Positions 1 to 13,090 of a stretch of DNA of 64,000 bases are shown one piece after another. This DNA comes from Malacoraja senta (lineage: Eukaryota). Position 1 is the stretch's first letter. Each line of letters opens with the position of its first letter. Position numbers and translations under genes: made by a program. The stretch covers positions 5,766,001-5,830,000 of the forward strand of contig CM075992.1 in the NCBI GenBank assembly GCA_038087875.1, in the 5' to 3' direction. The notes beneath the pieces were generated by a model that did not search any database, was not told the DNA's origin, and was given only the letters and a program-made list of their open reading frames with translations.

Positions 1-88
1 CCAGAGATGCTGCCTGTCCCGCTGAGTTACTCCAGCATTTTGTGTCTACCTTCTATTTAAACCAGCATCTGCAGTTCTTTCCTAAACA
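1..88 (+). mobile_element. Penelope-like pseudo-LTR 3' end, cut by window edge
   Basis: Matches the dispersed motif agagatgctgcctgtcccgctgagttactccagcattttgtgtctac...ccagcatctgcagttc. Confidence 0.8.
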
Positions 89-374
89 GTTAAATCCAAT
101 TTGCTGTAGCCTCAAGAACACACCATTCAGTGCAATGGTGCAATTTTGCTCTCATGTATCCATCATTTGTCACATGCAATACTGATTTAGGTTTTTCTCC
201 TGTTGTGAACGGGATAAAAATTTCTGGAAGGAACTTCCAATTTTCCGAATGATATACAAGACCATTTCAGCCAATTGAATTGATGCTGGCTCAGAGTACC
301 CAATTGCTCCTGTACCTACTTTCTCCACATTCTCATCAATTTGACAACCCACCTACCCATTTGGGGCAATCTGT

Positions 375-740
375 AGCAGCCAATTAACCTACCAACTGCG
401 GGAGGGAACTGAAACACCTGGGGAAAACCACGGTCATAGGTGTAATATGCAACCTCCAAACAGACAGTGCTGAAGATCAGGACTAAATCCAGATCAATGG
501 AGTAGAAAGGAACTACAAATGCTGGTATATACTGAAGATAGACACAAAGCGTCAAGTAACTCAGCAGGCCAAGCAGCATTTCTGGAGAAAAAGGATGGAT
601 GATGTTGGGTCTGAAGAAGGGCCCCGACCCAAAGAATCACCCATCCTTTTTCCTCAGAGATACTGTCTGATCCGCTGAGTTGCTCCAGCACTTTGTGTCT
701 ATCACCAGATCAATGGTGCTGTGAGGCAACAGACCTAATC
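375..740 (-). mobile_element. Degenerate tRNA-derived SINE interrupted by a Penelope-like fold-back
   Basis: Similar to the reverse complement of the 9542-9857 SINE on both sides of the insertion. Confidence 0.6.
501..704. mobile_element. Penelope-like fold-back (inverted pseudo-LTRs)
   Basis: Inverted arms; TSD CCAGATCAATGG at 489-500 and 705-716. Confidence 0.8.
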
Positions 741-1469
741 GCAGAGAAGCAGGCTCCAGCAGTTTCCCAAACTATCATTTCGGTTGGTTTCAATATTTAT
801 CTAGGCATGTTGGTACAACTTCAAGAGGGAGGTACAGCAACTGAATAAACGTGACACCATTTGGAGCTTATGTCTCCAAACCATTCATTCAAATTTTAAA
901 GGACAGCACCTCTGTTCAGGAGTGGTATGTTCTTAAGTTTTTTTTAAATACGATAACTAGTAGTTAGATAACACATTTGCCACAGCAAGACCCCATGGAG
1001 TTTAACAGGACTATCATTAACCAAATGTGGTACAGTGACAAATGTCAGTGAAGATGTTCAGATGCTTGGCCAAGGAGTAGTTTGAGTTATATACAACAAA
1101 ATATAGAAGTTTATGGGAGGATTTTTATTATTTAAAAGGCATCAGGGTCTTGAATGCATGCCCGTTGACGGTGAACACGATCAAGAATGGCTCAAGAAAT
1201 CAGAATGCGTGTTTAAATACTTCAAAGCTGTCCAGCTCGTGAATACTTAAGTTGGTAGGCTATTAGTCATGTATGTGTTCAAAAAGAAAAATTCAAAAAG
1301 GTGTCCGTCAACTGGGAGTCAAAGGTAGGTCACCAACAAGAGTAACAGGCAAATGGGAATTCTTGTAAGATGAAATTGATTTTGGGTTGACATCGGTTTA
1401 TAGAAATATGAATGCGCAAGAGCAGTCAGGATTGCATTATTATCTTTCTTACCTCTGGAATTCATATCA

Positions 1470-1600
1470 CGTGTCTGGGTGGAGTTTGCATGTTCTCTGC
1501 GACTATGTGGGTTTCTTCCAGGTGCATCCATTTCCTCCCACAACCCAATGACATGGCAGTTGACAGGATAAATGCAATTTAGTGCCAGTGGGTGAGATGC
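1470..1600 (+). mobile_element. Degenerate SINE core fragment
   Basis: gtctgggtggagtttgcatgttctc...gtgggtttcttccaggtgc resembles the core of the 9542 SINE. Confidence 0.55.
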
Positions 1601-2149
1601 AAGAGTAAAAGGGGAGGAGAGAAATAGTCGATGAACATATGCAGGATGGACAGAGAGAAGGGGGATGGACAGAGAGAGCAAGAAAAGGGAGAGAAAGAAA
1701 GAATAAGCGAGTGAATGACATGGTCTTCATTGGGCAAAAGGGCCGAGCGCCTGTATTGTATAATTTCATGCAGAGTATTCTGTTCCTTGGAAAGTATAAG
1801 CCAATTATATAGAAATGTAACTGTGGTGTCTGCTAATATTGCCATGGGTGTCAATTTCACGAATCTATTTAAGCCAAGTGGCAACCCTTCTGAATGCCTT
1901 TGAACAGTTCTACTTTGTGGTATCTGGAATTAAAATACATAACATGGACTTGTATTGCTACTTCCCATTTTAATGATATATCAGCTCAATTAACTCAACT
2001 GATAAGAACACAATGTGGCCACTTTATTTAAGCTACAGGAACAAGTCTGTCTACAAACAAAGCAACTCAATAACTGACACTTGGGTAACAGGCAATGTAC
2101 GGTGTTCTAAGGTCCAGTTGTTTAACAGCTGTTTTTACCAGAAATACAG

Positions 2150-5100
2150 CTTTCAATCTCATTTTATTAACTGCCAATCGCTACGCAAGCTCTGCTTTTT
2201 TTCTTTCATGCGATCCATATAAAACAGCTATTCCAACCAACCAATCGATCCCTGTGACCCCAAAGTCAAAAGTAAAATACATGTGTTTTAAAAGCAAAAA
2301 TAATGTTCACCATTACAAAACATGCGTCAAAATAAATAAGATATACAATTGCATACAAAACAACAGTTTTGGAACAGTGAATTTTTTTATCACAATAAAT
2401 TGGAATACAATGTCCAGTTTCTTTTTCCAAAAAAAAAAATCACATCTGTTTTGGCTTACAAATTTCTTTTAAAAGCAGTAAAAAAAACAAAGTAGCCAAC
2501 GAGTGCTAAAGTTTTGACTGAGGGGCCAGCAATGCCAGTTCAAAGAGAAGTTAAGGTTTCTGTTCTGCTACTTGGATTCAAAAGGATATTTAACAAAACA
2601 CCATGTTTGATACCTTGATAACAATGTTACTTCTGGTTGAATGCAATGTATGAATCCAGACAAATATTGATTTTAAACATAGGGCTATGATCACTCTGAA
2701 ACCCTGCACCAACAACAAAGAAAGAATTGTAATGAGCCATTCCCAACCATCACCAATCTGGTCGAGAGACTGGCAAGTGTGGCACCATCCTTGATCCCGC
2801 GTCAATTTAGATTTAAAGTGATATATTAAACTGTAGTAGCAAATGCACACTAATCGGGGCCTTTTTCAGAGACCATACAGCACCATTCTCAGAATAATTC
2901 AACCCAATCCTAAAAAAAATTGCAGCATCAATTCCTATCCAAAAGACGAGGATTTTAGTTCCCAAATAGGCAAATTCAATTTGTTACAAAATAAGGCTGC
3001 CACATAATTAACTTTTCTCCAAAAAATGCATTTTAGACTTGCAGCCAAGACTCTTTCAAAGGCAAATGTCCAGCCCCACAGTCAAAAACACCTCCAGCGT
3101 AAGTATACCAACAATAAAACTAACCACACCATCACAGAATTTTCCTGGCAGAAATATCAAGGTTTGAAAACCTGCAGATTAAATATTTTTATTTATACAC
3201 TTTTTTCTAAAAAAAAAAGCAAGTCTCACCAGTGTTTAAAATCATGCATGTCACATGTGTACAAATTTTAATGCACTTTAAAAAAAAATTAAAGTGTAAA
3301 GTTAAAGAATTTCAAAATGTCCTGTCTGAAATATTTATGAGCTGAAACGATGGCTTCAAATTTACCAATAATTCAGAATGGCTCAAATATCACCTGCCTT
3401 TAAAAGCAGAACCAATATTGCCATACTGGACAATTTCTACAGTGATATTGTAACTTCCAATGGTGAAAGCAATCACGATAAATATTCACGGGAACGGGGT
3501 TTGATGCAAGTGCATTAAATCCACCAGACTTGAAATACTGTCACAAATCTCAATAAATTAAAGAAAGATGCAAAGTCACATACAGTGATACTGTAGATTA
3601 CTTCACTTCCATAAGAATTTCACGAAAGGTTATTGACAGGTAAGAGAAGATTTTTACTTGCATGACATGGGTGAAACTATTTATCCTTTTGTGTCAGATC
3701 ACCAAGGATAGCAGTGGTTGGAAGAATTTAATACAAATATAAGTGATGCAATACACACAATGGGTGACAACTCCCCAAATAATTTGAATGTCAATAAAGT
3801 CATTTGTTCTTCTTTCACTCAATGACTTGTGCTCCATTATACATTCTTCTGCCTCGGGAGAATCAAAAGCTGATGGGAGCACCAATAACCTCTGGACAAA
3901 AATGCACAAAGAAATCGTTACTGCAGAAAATTCACACTCAGTGGGGGTTGCCATAAATTTCCAAAAGGTGGGAGCTGATCTGAAGAACAAAAATCAAATG
4001 CTCTCTGCATCATTGCAACTAAACAGTTTAAAACTTAAAATCTTTCTGTGGCATGTAACGCAAAGAAATATTCCAAAGTTCCAAAGCACAATTTGTATCT
4101 CTGCAAACCTTGCTGAAAATTCAACAGTAAAATATACTGTGATGACAATATGAACTGTAATAGTTGCATATGTTGAGTACAAAGCCGGCCATTTAGATTG
4201 AAAATCTGATCACATCTTAATACACCGGCATAATACGATGTGTACATGGATGACTGAGATCAGGCCCCAACAATCTGAAGGTGAAACCAATGCTTGGCAG
4301 AGTAGAAAGGTTCGAGGTTTGAATATTAATCTGTGATGAATCAGTGGATTTGAACCAGAATATAACAGCTGGCATTATATCACAAAATTCTCATTGGAAG
4401 ACCAAAAGTCTCGAGCATTTCTGCAGCACCCGAGTGAAAATTCAAACATCTACATGGGAATAGGGTATTGGAGATGAACTCAATCAATAGTGATTAGTAA
4501 TCAAATCATCTTAACATCCAATATGGATATCTAGGAGTGCAAGCTACAGCAAAGCACTAAATATGAATTTAATTACAATGTTTCATCCAAAAAATTTGTG
4601 ACCCGTCATATCTAAGAATATGAAATATTACTTTCATTGCCAAATTCAATAACGTAGAAATTTGAGGAATCACACAAAATCCACTTGTCTGAACTCGTCT
4701 TCACAGGCATATACCCATTGTTGGCAGACAATTCACAAATTTGTATACCTCTTTGGAAAAAATTGTTCCATATACTTCAACCTTTTTGTTTTGGTTTAAA
4801 TCGAGTTTGCTACATCTCCAAATGTTAGCTCTCTAAAATTAAGCTATCGCCTTCTCACAAAATAAAGACAGATGGTGCAATATTACCGAGCTGTGCTGTA
4901 CATTTAAAAATACTTCTCAATACTTGGAATTATATCTTATTAGATGTATTTACTAAAGCCAATGTGTTAACTTTGAAGGAAGCTTTTGGACTTCCCAACT
5001 CTGTGCAGTTTACATTGCCTCAACATCCAAACACATCTACGACCCAGCCCCAATACAAGATTTTATCTTGTACTTATATGATAATCACAGCAGGAACAAT

Positions 5101-6980
5101 GTAATATGCAGCCGGCTGACCTCTCAGTTCCAAACTCTGCACTCTGTGGCTATTACACAATTCAATCTGTAGAAAGGTACAGCTTACAACTAAAAAAATT
5201 AACTCATCTCAAAGATAGCATTTGTGTAAGAAATCACAGCATCCAAAGACCATACATACCGTAACACGCATGAACATTACAAAAATAAAACTGTTGACAA
5301 TTATCTTGGATATATTAAATACACACAGCAAGAGCACCTTAATCGTTCTGTAACCGAGTCTTGAATGACCAACTAATGTACATAATGAAATTTACCCACT
5401 AAACTGGAGGTGCACATAATGTTAATTAGAAACCTTTTGCTCAATGATTCCTAATCAGAATATCAATTACTGATATTTCAGTGGAAAAAATACTTTGATT
5501 TCATGACATTTGGATGGGTGGGAGGGGGGGGGGGAGATAGAGAGAGGGAAAGGAGAGCAACTAAAGAACTCCAAAGGTCAAAATTGAAAATGATCTCCAA
5601 GACTAGAAAACAAGCTTCCAGAAAACTTGACTGCACTTTTCCACATTTCAAAATTAATTAGGTTACGAGTCAGCACTGTAGACAATTCCTCTGCAGTCAG
5701 TGGAAGCAATCAGGAACAAGGAAGAGGGGGCTTGGGTCAAGGGGTCCTGTCAAATTGCAGCCCTCAAACAATCTGCAGGGCAGAACTCTTGACTGAATGA
5801 AAGCCTGTGTATTAAACATATTTTAATGTTGTGCAACTTAATAGGCAGATGATAGGATTTTAGGATATGATAGGATTTTAGTTCAAATGTCCAGCAATGA
5901 CTCTTTGTTATGGGTAGTGACAATTAACAAGGTCTGACGTGGTCATATATGCACAACTGGTCTTTTCTGAAAATTATAGTTAAGTAGAAACATCTAGGTG
6001 GTAAATTACAAGACCATCATTTTAAACTACGACTGATGCAAGAGAAAATATACAAGTAAAGTTGGAAATAACCGGCTCCAAGATTAAGGGACAGCCTTGC
6101 AACTAACTAACTGGGCATTTTCTACAATAGTAAAAAATAATGGTACATAATTAAATAGCTTACTTGCTTTAAATGCGAAATCTCACTGAGTCGACGGCCA
6201 TGAAGGTGTAGTAGTAGCACGCAGGATGTAGATAATTGTTTGCCAATTGTAACAGTTGAAAAGGATAAAGATCTGTAGCTCACCAGGTTTTTTCTCCTCC
6301 TTTTGCTGTCCTCTCACTGTTTATATAATCAAATTTAGACAATGCACATGTACCTTACTGCGCAAGAGTCCACAGTGCACATGGAGTTGGGGAATATCTT
6401 GAAACCTGCCCCTTTCACAGCAGATCTGTGTTAGCACCAACCATCTGAAATGCTACACGAACTGCACTCAGGTGAACGCCATGTTTTGTAAACAGCATTC
6501 CAAATGCATGTCCTGACCAGAAATCCTTCATACATTTTTTTTTAGACAGGTGAAGCAAATTTCATTTGCTGGTAGTCAAACGTCGATCTTTCAAAAGACG
6601 AGGTAGAAAAAAAAACAATCCTGCTTTTTCCAAGAGCAAAACAATTTTCTCTGTTGAAGCTGCTTTCTAATTTAAGTGCAACTTAAGCTCTTTTTATGGC
6701 TTTCAATGGTCACTGTCAGCATTATTGCACTTTTTCTATGCAGCTTAAACAGACTAGCGCTAGAATTTCTTCCAGACATGTTGTTCTTTTAACACAAGGA
6801 ACTACTGGTAAAAAGCTCCATTAATCTGGCAAACTGTATGTATTGCAGTGATAATTAGAAGTCACTGGTTGTCGGTTGGAAACTACGATGGGTGGTTTAC
6901 AGAAAGTACGTGGGGCAGAGGGGAAACAGACTTTGCCAGCGCCAGGCTAGCAACAGGCTCAATTACTGAAAGAATTGACG
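2150..6980 (-). other. Putative long 3' UTR of the BRD4 short isoform
   Basis: Follows the read-through stop; ~4.8 kb with no repeat I could recognise; U-rich distal end with ARE nonamer at 2331-2339. Confidence 0.55.
2163..2168 (-). terminator. Putative polyadenylation signal AATAAA (second copy at 2023-2028)
   Basis: TTTATT on + strand; followed on the minus strand by a GT/T-rich stretch (TGTATTTCTGGT); repeats resume below ~1700. Confidence 0.5.
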
Positions 6981-7108
6981 CTAACCTGTTTCAGAGTCGT
7001 TGCTCTCAGAGGAGCTGGAGTCACTGCTACTGTCTGACTCAGAAGAACTGCTGCTGCTTCTCATCCTTGAAGGGCCTCCCACATCCATGCTTACGTCATG
7101 CTTCTCAG
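6981..7108 (-). CDS. BRD4: BRD4 SEED exon (human exon 11 equivalent); internal donor after 6986 or read-through stop at 6981-6983
   Basis: (A)[40 protein letters not shown] then G|GT TAG; ctctttgtacag acceptor. Confidence 0.92.
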
Positions 7109-7802
7109 CTGTACAAAGAGAATTATTGTGTAAGTAACAGGACTAAGTAATCTGCTAAACATCAATACTGAAACTAACTGGCTTCTCTACAGTTTTAAGT
7201 TGCAATTTACCTTTGGGTTTTGTTAATTACTATCAATTATGGGCACTACTTAAGACAATGTTGTACATTAATACATTAGGAAGGTGTTACAATTCTTACT
7301 TAATCTATTCTTAAAATGTTTTAAACAAGTTTCATAATTGTCATTTCATCTCAATTTGAAGAATCAGCCAAAATGAAGTTAAACTGGTTAACCTCGAACT
7401 GTTCAAGTTAATTAGGTGTCAACCTCAATTTACTGCAAACCACCATCAGGGCACCTATGAGTAAATTGACTCAATTCATAACACTACTTCTCCCTGTAGA
7501 ATACTACACAAACACTCTTTTCATAACAAGCAAATTAAACATATTCTGTGTAAAAGAATCAAACTCTAAAATATTTAACCGATTGATAATTCAATAGTTT
7601 TCTCCTAATAAGTGGATAGAGAATAATAATTAAAGAAACAACAGATGTATGACAAGGTCTATCACTCAAGGAAATTCACTTTTTGCAAACAAAAATAAAT
7701 GCAGGATACACCACTTCAGGTTACAAATTTGGGGTCAGTAAAAATAAAGGACAGCAAAACAATGAAGCCATTCCAAGTAGAGAAGACCTCCAACGGAATA
7801 AT

Positions 7803-8324
7803 ACTCAGTTCTGCTGCAGTGTGATAATTGCGTTCGAATGAAATCTTGTGTCACAGAAAATCACGTTTTTAAAACAATGTTGACAATGGAGAAAGGAGGG
7901 TCTGTGGCAAGAGCGTTTTAGATTCGCAATAACCAAGTTACAAATCAGGGGCTTTTTAATACTGAAAATATTTTGAATATTGAATATTGAAAATATTAAA
8001 GTATCATAGAATGTCAATGGAATGGATTATTTGTCAATTTCAATGGGTATCTGAGGTGAAACTTGCAGACTGTTCTTAAGAGACAACGGGCGTCTGATTA
8101 TTGCAGGGAAGTTATGTGGAAACACCTGATTGTTTTTATTTTCCCCAAAGGGGCTTTCTTTTTCTGCTTGTCAATTTCCAAAGTAACTTTAAGTGGTTCT
8201 CTAGTTCCCCATACAAATCATATAACAAATTCAGCCTGTATAAAACTAATAATGTTCCCCAACTCATCAATTGTGTTCCAACAACCGAGTGTTATGGAAA
8301 CACGCGTTATAGCAGAACGACCTG
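7803..8324. mobile_element. Old non-autonomous Tigger/pogo-like DNA transposon (MITE), copy 1
   Basis: Ends CGCGTTATAGCAGAACGACCTG; degenerate inverse at left end; internal similarity to 17988-18749 (ctgcttgtcaatttccaaagtaac). Confidence 0.55.
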
Positions 8325-8860
8325 CATTCACATTAAAGTTATTAATTTAAGCACAAGTTCAAATTCCTGGCTTATTGGATTAAATCATTGTAGAGTGCTT
8401 TTGAATCCTCCTCGTGGACGAATGAGGTCAAGGCTAAACACTGAGAATTATATTTAGTGACAGGCCACATTGCAATTTATTTTCATACTTTGAATCAGAA
8501 TGATTTTAGCAACGCACTACCCAAGTCCAAGACAGCAACTTATGAGTCTTGATATTCCAGCAGCTTCATGAGCATTCATTTATGGCAATCAAGTGTGCAT
8601 GAGGAAGCTATGCTGAATCAACCTGAATGTCTTCACTCAATATAAAGCGATGATGAGCTCCTACTTTAATGCAGTCATCATACTTAGATTACTTCGAGCA
8701 TTAAGAAGAATTTATTTTGACATAACTTCCCACTTAATTTAGTTTGCTTTACAATTTTGACAAATTAATTTTTTAATTCATTTCACACACATTCCACAAT
8801 AACTAACAATTGTTACATTAATATGAATAAAGATTAGTCAACTGTTACATTAATATGAAT

Positions 8861-8957
8861 CAGTCGGAAGAAGGGTCTCGACCTGAAACGTCACCCATTC
8901 CTTCTCTGCAGAGATGCTGTCTGACCCGCTGAGTTAACCCAGCATTTTGTCTACCTT
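8861..8957 (+). mobile_element. Penelope-like pseudo-LTR fragment
   Basis: gaagaagggtctcgacctgaaacgtcacccattcc...; preceded by a duplicated tgttacattaatatgaat. Confidence 0.75.
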
Positions 8958-9541
8958 TGAATCAAGATTAAGAGAGCAGGAGAGCTCCCAGTCCTTCCAA
9001 CAAGTTCATATTATTGCTTAAAAGAATTATTTTATTATTTTATTTACACCAGCTCGTAAACCACATCCATGAAAATAATCTGGAAGGGGATTCAAATCGA
9101 ACCTGTGCATTCGATATACAAGGATATCTAAGTCCCTTGGACTGCTTTAAAAAATCAGCATTTCTGATTTTTCTACCAAAGCAGATAATCACACATTTTT
9201 ACACTTTCTATTCCAACTGCCAAATTACTTAGCTTGACTCTTTTACTTCTTCACATCCTCAGCACAACTCACATCCACACTATTTTGTGTCATTAGAAAT
9301 GTTACATTTTGTCCCCTTGGCTAAAGTGTCAATAACAATTGTGGAAATTTGGGACCAAAGCTCCAATTCCTATGGCACTCAATGAAATGGAACAATTTAT
9401 ACCCACTGTGTTTTTTGCTGTCCAACTCTCAATTCAAGCTAGCCTATTACTCCCAATTCCACGTGCTCAAACCTTTTTCGCCAACCCCTTGAGTGGAAAT
9501 CAGAAGCCTTCCAAAAATGCAAATGCCCAAATCACATCAAT

Positions 9542-9857
9542 CACGGTGGCGCAGCGGTAGAGTTGCTGCCTTACAGCACTTGCAGCGACGGAGACTCGGG
9601 TTCGATCCCGACTACGGGTGCTGTCTGTAGGAGTTTGTACGTTCTCCCCGTGACCGCGTGGGTTTTCTCTGAGATCTTTGGTTTCCTGCCACACTCCAAA
9701 GACGTACAGGTCTGTAGGTTAATTAGCTGATATAAGTGTAAATTGTCACTAGTGTGTGTAGGATAGTGTTAATGTGCGGGGATCGCTGGTCGGTGCGGAC
9801 TCGGTGGGCTGAAGGGCCCGTTTCCGCGCTGTATCTCTAAACTAAAACAAAACTAAA
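9542..9857 (+). mobile_element. tRNA-derived SINE (elasmobranch HE1/V-SINE-like), nearly full length
   Basis: Box A TGGCGCAGCGG, box B GGTTCGATCC, central core, LINE-like tail ending in CTAAA-type repeats. Confidence 0.85.
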
Positions 9858-9869
9858 TCTATACTAGAT

Positions 9870-9947
9870 ATTTCAAAACATTGTGGAGTACAGAGGCAAA
9901 TAAATAAATGATGGATCTTTGTCCCAAACATTATGGAGGGCACTGTA
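9870..9947. mobile_element. Isolated Tc1/mariner terminal inverted repeat fragment
   Basis: Ends TTTGTCCCAAACATTATGGAGGGCACTG followed by TA (CAGTG terminus and TA target). Confidence 0.55.
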
Positions 9948-10935
9948 TATATCATCTGTATATATTATTCATTTTCAGGCATATTAACTCCATCTGTAAA
10001 TTTCTATACTAATTTATTTTAGTTCCTCATTTGCATTGGACCCACAATATTTCTGGAAGATTTTTCATGTCCATGACATCAAAATATTTGCTGAATTCGT
10101 TTGCCATTCAGATGAAATAATAGTAAAATGGCTAGAGATTAATGTATGTGTGAAAAACCTGATTAAAAAGTCAGGAGTTCACACAGTTGCTCCACAGTTT
10201 GTGCACATGCTGCGTAGCTCAAAATAATTATTCACCAACAGAAGTTGTCTTTATTTAATCTCTTGTTAATTTTCTTGAGTTATAGATTTCTATACAAAAT
10301 TTAAGTAATATATGGGTCTGAAAACAAGAGGTGAGTAGATAATAGGGCAGGTTAAATGGTGGACATCACTGTAGATAGCCTGGTATTTTGTTCTACAGCT
10401 TCCAAACATAACTTTTCTCAGAGACAGTTCATGTCATCAAAAAGATTGATTTATTACTTGATGTAACAGGATTCAGGACTCGAATCATTCCATTTCTGCA
10501 CCCACTCACATTGAAGTAAGTGAACAGTGGAACATGAAGAACATTGTCTCCATTTATTGTTATCATGTTATAAACGTAAACAGGTCCTTGAATCTACGTG
10601 AGCACAGTATAAGCATAATTGACTGCTCGATACAAGTAAGGCATAGGCAAAATATCAGGTTATAGACAAGGCAATACTCATCAATAACATACTCTGATAA
10701 GATAGTGCTGGCAATTCATGGAATTTACAAATTTGTCCTTCAGCCTAGATTAGCTATGAATTATTTGCTGTCTGAAAAGTAACCTCAGGCAGGGTTCATT
10801 AGCCGGCAGTTCGTTTCTTCTTCACAAGAGACATAGATTTTCGCTGATGAAACATTCATAGATGATAATTTGTGCAGGAGCAAATATTAATGAGCATTTA
10901 CTTTTGTGTACTGACCAGGGTGTATACTTTTCTAT

Positions 10936-11082
10936 GGTATGAGTGTGGGAGGAAACCGAAGATCTCGGCGAAAACCCACGCAGGTCACGGGGAGAACATA
11001 CAAACTCTGTACAGACAAGCGCCCGCAGTCAGGATCGAACCCGGGTCTCTGGCGTTGTAAGGCAGTAGCCACCGTGTCACCC
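10936..11082 (-). mobile_element. tRNA-derived SINE, 5' half
   Basis: Reverse complement of the 9542 family including box B (ggatcgaacccggg). Confidence 0.8.
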
Positions 11083-11476
11083 ATGTTCTTCTACTTTTCC
11101 CAGTGATTATAGGATAATCATACCTGGCCATAATTAGCACCTCAAAAGTAATCTCAAAGCAACAATGACACAAATTCTTGCCCCACATTGATTCATGCGT
11201 TGCGAAAAACACAGCAACTAGACTCCTGCTTTTTATCCATCCATTTCCCATGTCAGACTCTACACATCTGTCACAGATGCAGAACATTGCTAAACAATGA
11301 AAATTAATGGCTTGAAATGTACAACTTGTTGCAACTATTGTCAACTGTAATTTTCAGCAACTACAACATCTGAACTAAATAGCAGTGGCCCAGATGAAGC
11401 AAGGCAAGTTAATGGTTAAATACAGCTACAGTCCAGACTTAAAATGCTTGCGAGCCAGACTTTGAGAGACTTATTG

Positions 11477-12120
11477 TGTAAAAACGAACTCCAGATGCTG
11501 GTTTAAACCGAAGATACTCAAAAAGCTGGAGTAACTCAGCGGGACAGGCAGCATCTCTGGAGAGAAGGAATGGGTGGCATTTCAGGTCGAGACCCTTCTT
11601 CAGACTGGTTAGGTATAAGGGAAACGAGAGATATAGATGGTGATGTGGAGAGATAAAGAACAATGAATGAAAGATGTAAAAAAGTAATGATGATAAAGGA
11701 AACAGGATATTGTACGCTGTTTGTAGGGTGAAAATGAGAAGCTAGTGCGACTTGGTTGGGGGACGGATAGAGTGAGAGGGAATGCAGGGGCAAGTTGAAG
11801 TGAAAGAAATCAATATTCATATTCAGTAAGCTGCCCAGGCGAAATATGAAATGCAGTTCCTCCAATTTACGTTTAGCCTTACTCTGTCCTCTGTCTCTTC
11901 CATTGTCAGAGTGAGGCTAAATGCGGTTACCTTTATTATCTTTACTTTTTTTGCATATCTTTCATTCATTGTTCTTTATCTCTCTACATCACCGTCTATA
12001 TCTCTCGTTTCCCTTATCCCTAACCAGTCTGAAGAAGGGTCTCGACCCAAAATGTCACCCATTCCTTCTCTCCAGAGATGCTGCCTGAACCGCTGAGTTA
12101 CTCCAGATCTTAGTGTCTAC
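11477..12120. mobile_element. Penelope-like fold-back with ~190 bp inverted arms and a GIY-YIG C-terminal remnant
   Basis: TSD GAGACTTATTG at 11466-11476 and 12121-12131; EELHFIFRLGSL remnant; arms ~11510-11700 and ~11930-12120. Confidence 0.85.
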
Positions 12121-13090
12121 GAGACTTATTGACAGGAGAGCAGGGGTCGGGAAGAAAAACGTCCCTCCCAAGGTGAGGATCATGAGTGATTAAGACAGAA
12201 GACGTTAAGATAACGAGAACAGATAGCTGTTCATAATGGCAACATTTCTATTTGCAGGGGTTAGGAGATCAATGGGACAAAATGTTAGTTTATGTGCAGA
12301 TTTGCCATAAACCTTCCAAACAGTGTGTGACTTGTGTTTAGTCATGACAAAGTAGAGTTAAGAAGAATATTCAGTAACATGAACAGTGACTGTGCAGATC
12401 CCTGGATTTGTTTGATCAATTTAAAGATATTAGAGAAGAATGGCATAGTCCCATGTACTTTAAACTATTGCAGTCCTGCTTTCTCTTCCTAGCTATCATT
12501 TTCAAAATCTTTGATGGTGCTTTAAAAAAAATCTTTGATGTTTTATTCTTTGTAGAATTTACCTTCCCTGAGAAATTGCTTGAACAAATTCTCTAGTTAA
12601 ATCTCCAAATATTGAACTGTACACTTTTATCTGACCCTATGCTAGTAACAATGTATCTAAAGCACTTTCAATCAGCTGGCACTGGAGACTCACATTAACT
12701 CGGTCTCTTACCACAATGTTCCTTCATATAACCAGGCAAAGTCACCCGGGGGGACAAGAAATAGGGCAACCAGAAAAACTTCACTTCCACATAAGATACC
12801 TTACAACAGGGTAATCAAGAAAACTTAACCAAAGAACAAGGAGGATTATGCTTTCGTACATTAATGTATTTCTTCAATAACTGACTTTTAAAAATATTTG
12901 CGTCATTCCATTCGATGACATAAAACACTCAAGACCATTTTACTTTCAATTAAATACTTGTTAAGTATAACAATAGCTTAAACGTAGCATCACAGTGTGG
13001 TTCCACCCACAACCTCATTGTTTGAGCATAATCATGATTTAACACATTTATCAACACTGGACAAATTACAGCCAAGCACTATTATAGCTT

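Noticed and set aside
1440-1470. Strong donor CCAGAG|GTAAGA as a possible BRD4-long exon 12
   Set aside because: Upstream sequence is a SINE remnant with no similarity to the expected KSKKK/His-rich peptide.
9542-9625. tRNA gene (box A and box B)
   Set aside because: Continues into a SINE core and tail and recurs several times; it is a SINE head.
11536-12096. Two similar ORFs on opposite strands
   Set aside because: By-product of the Penelope-like inverted repeat.
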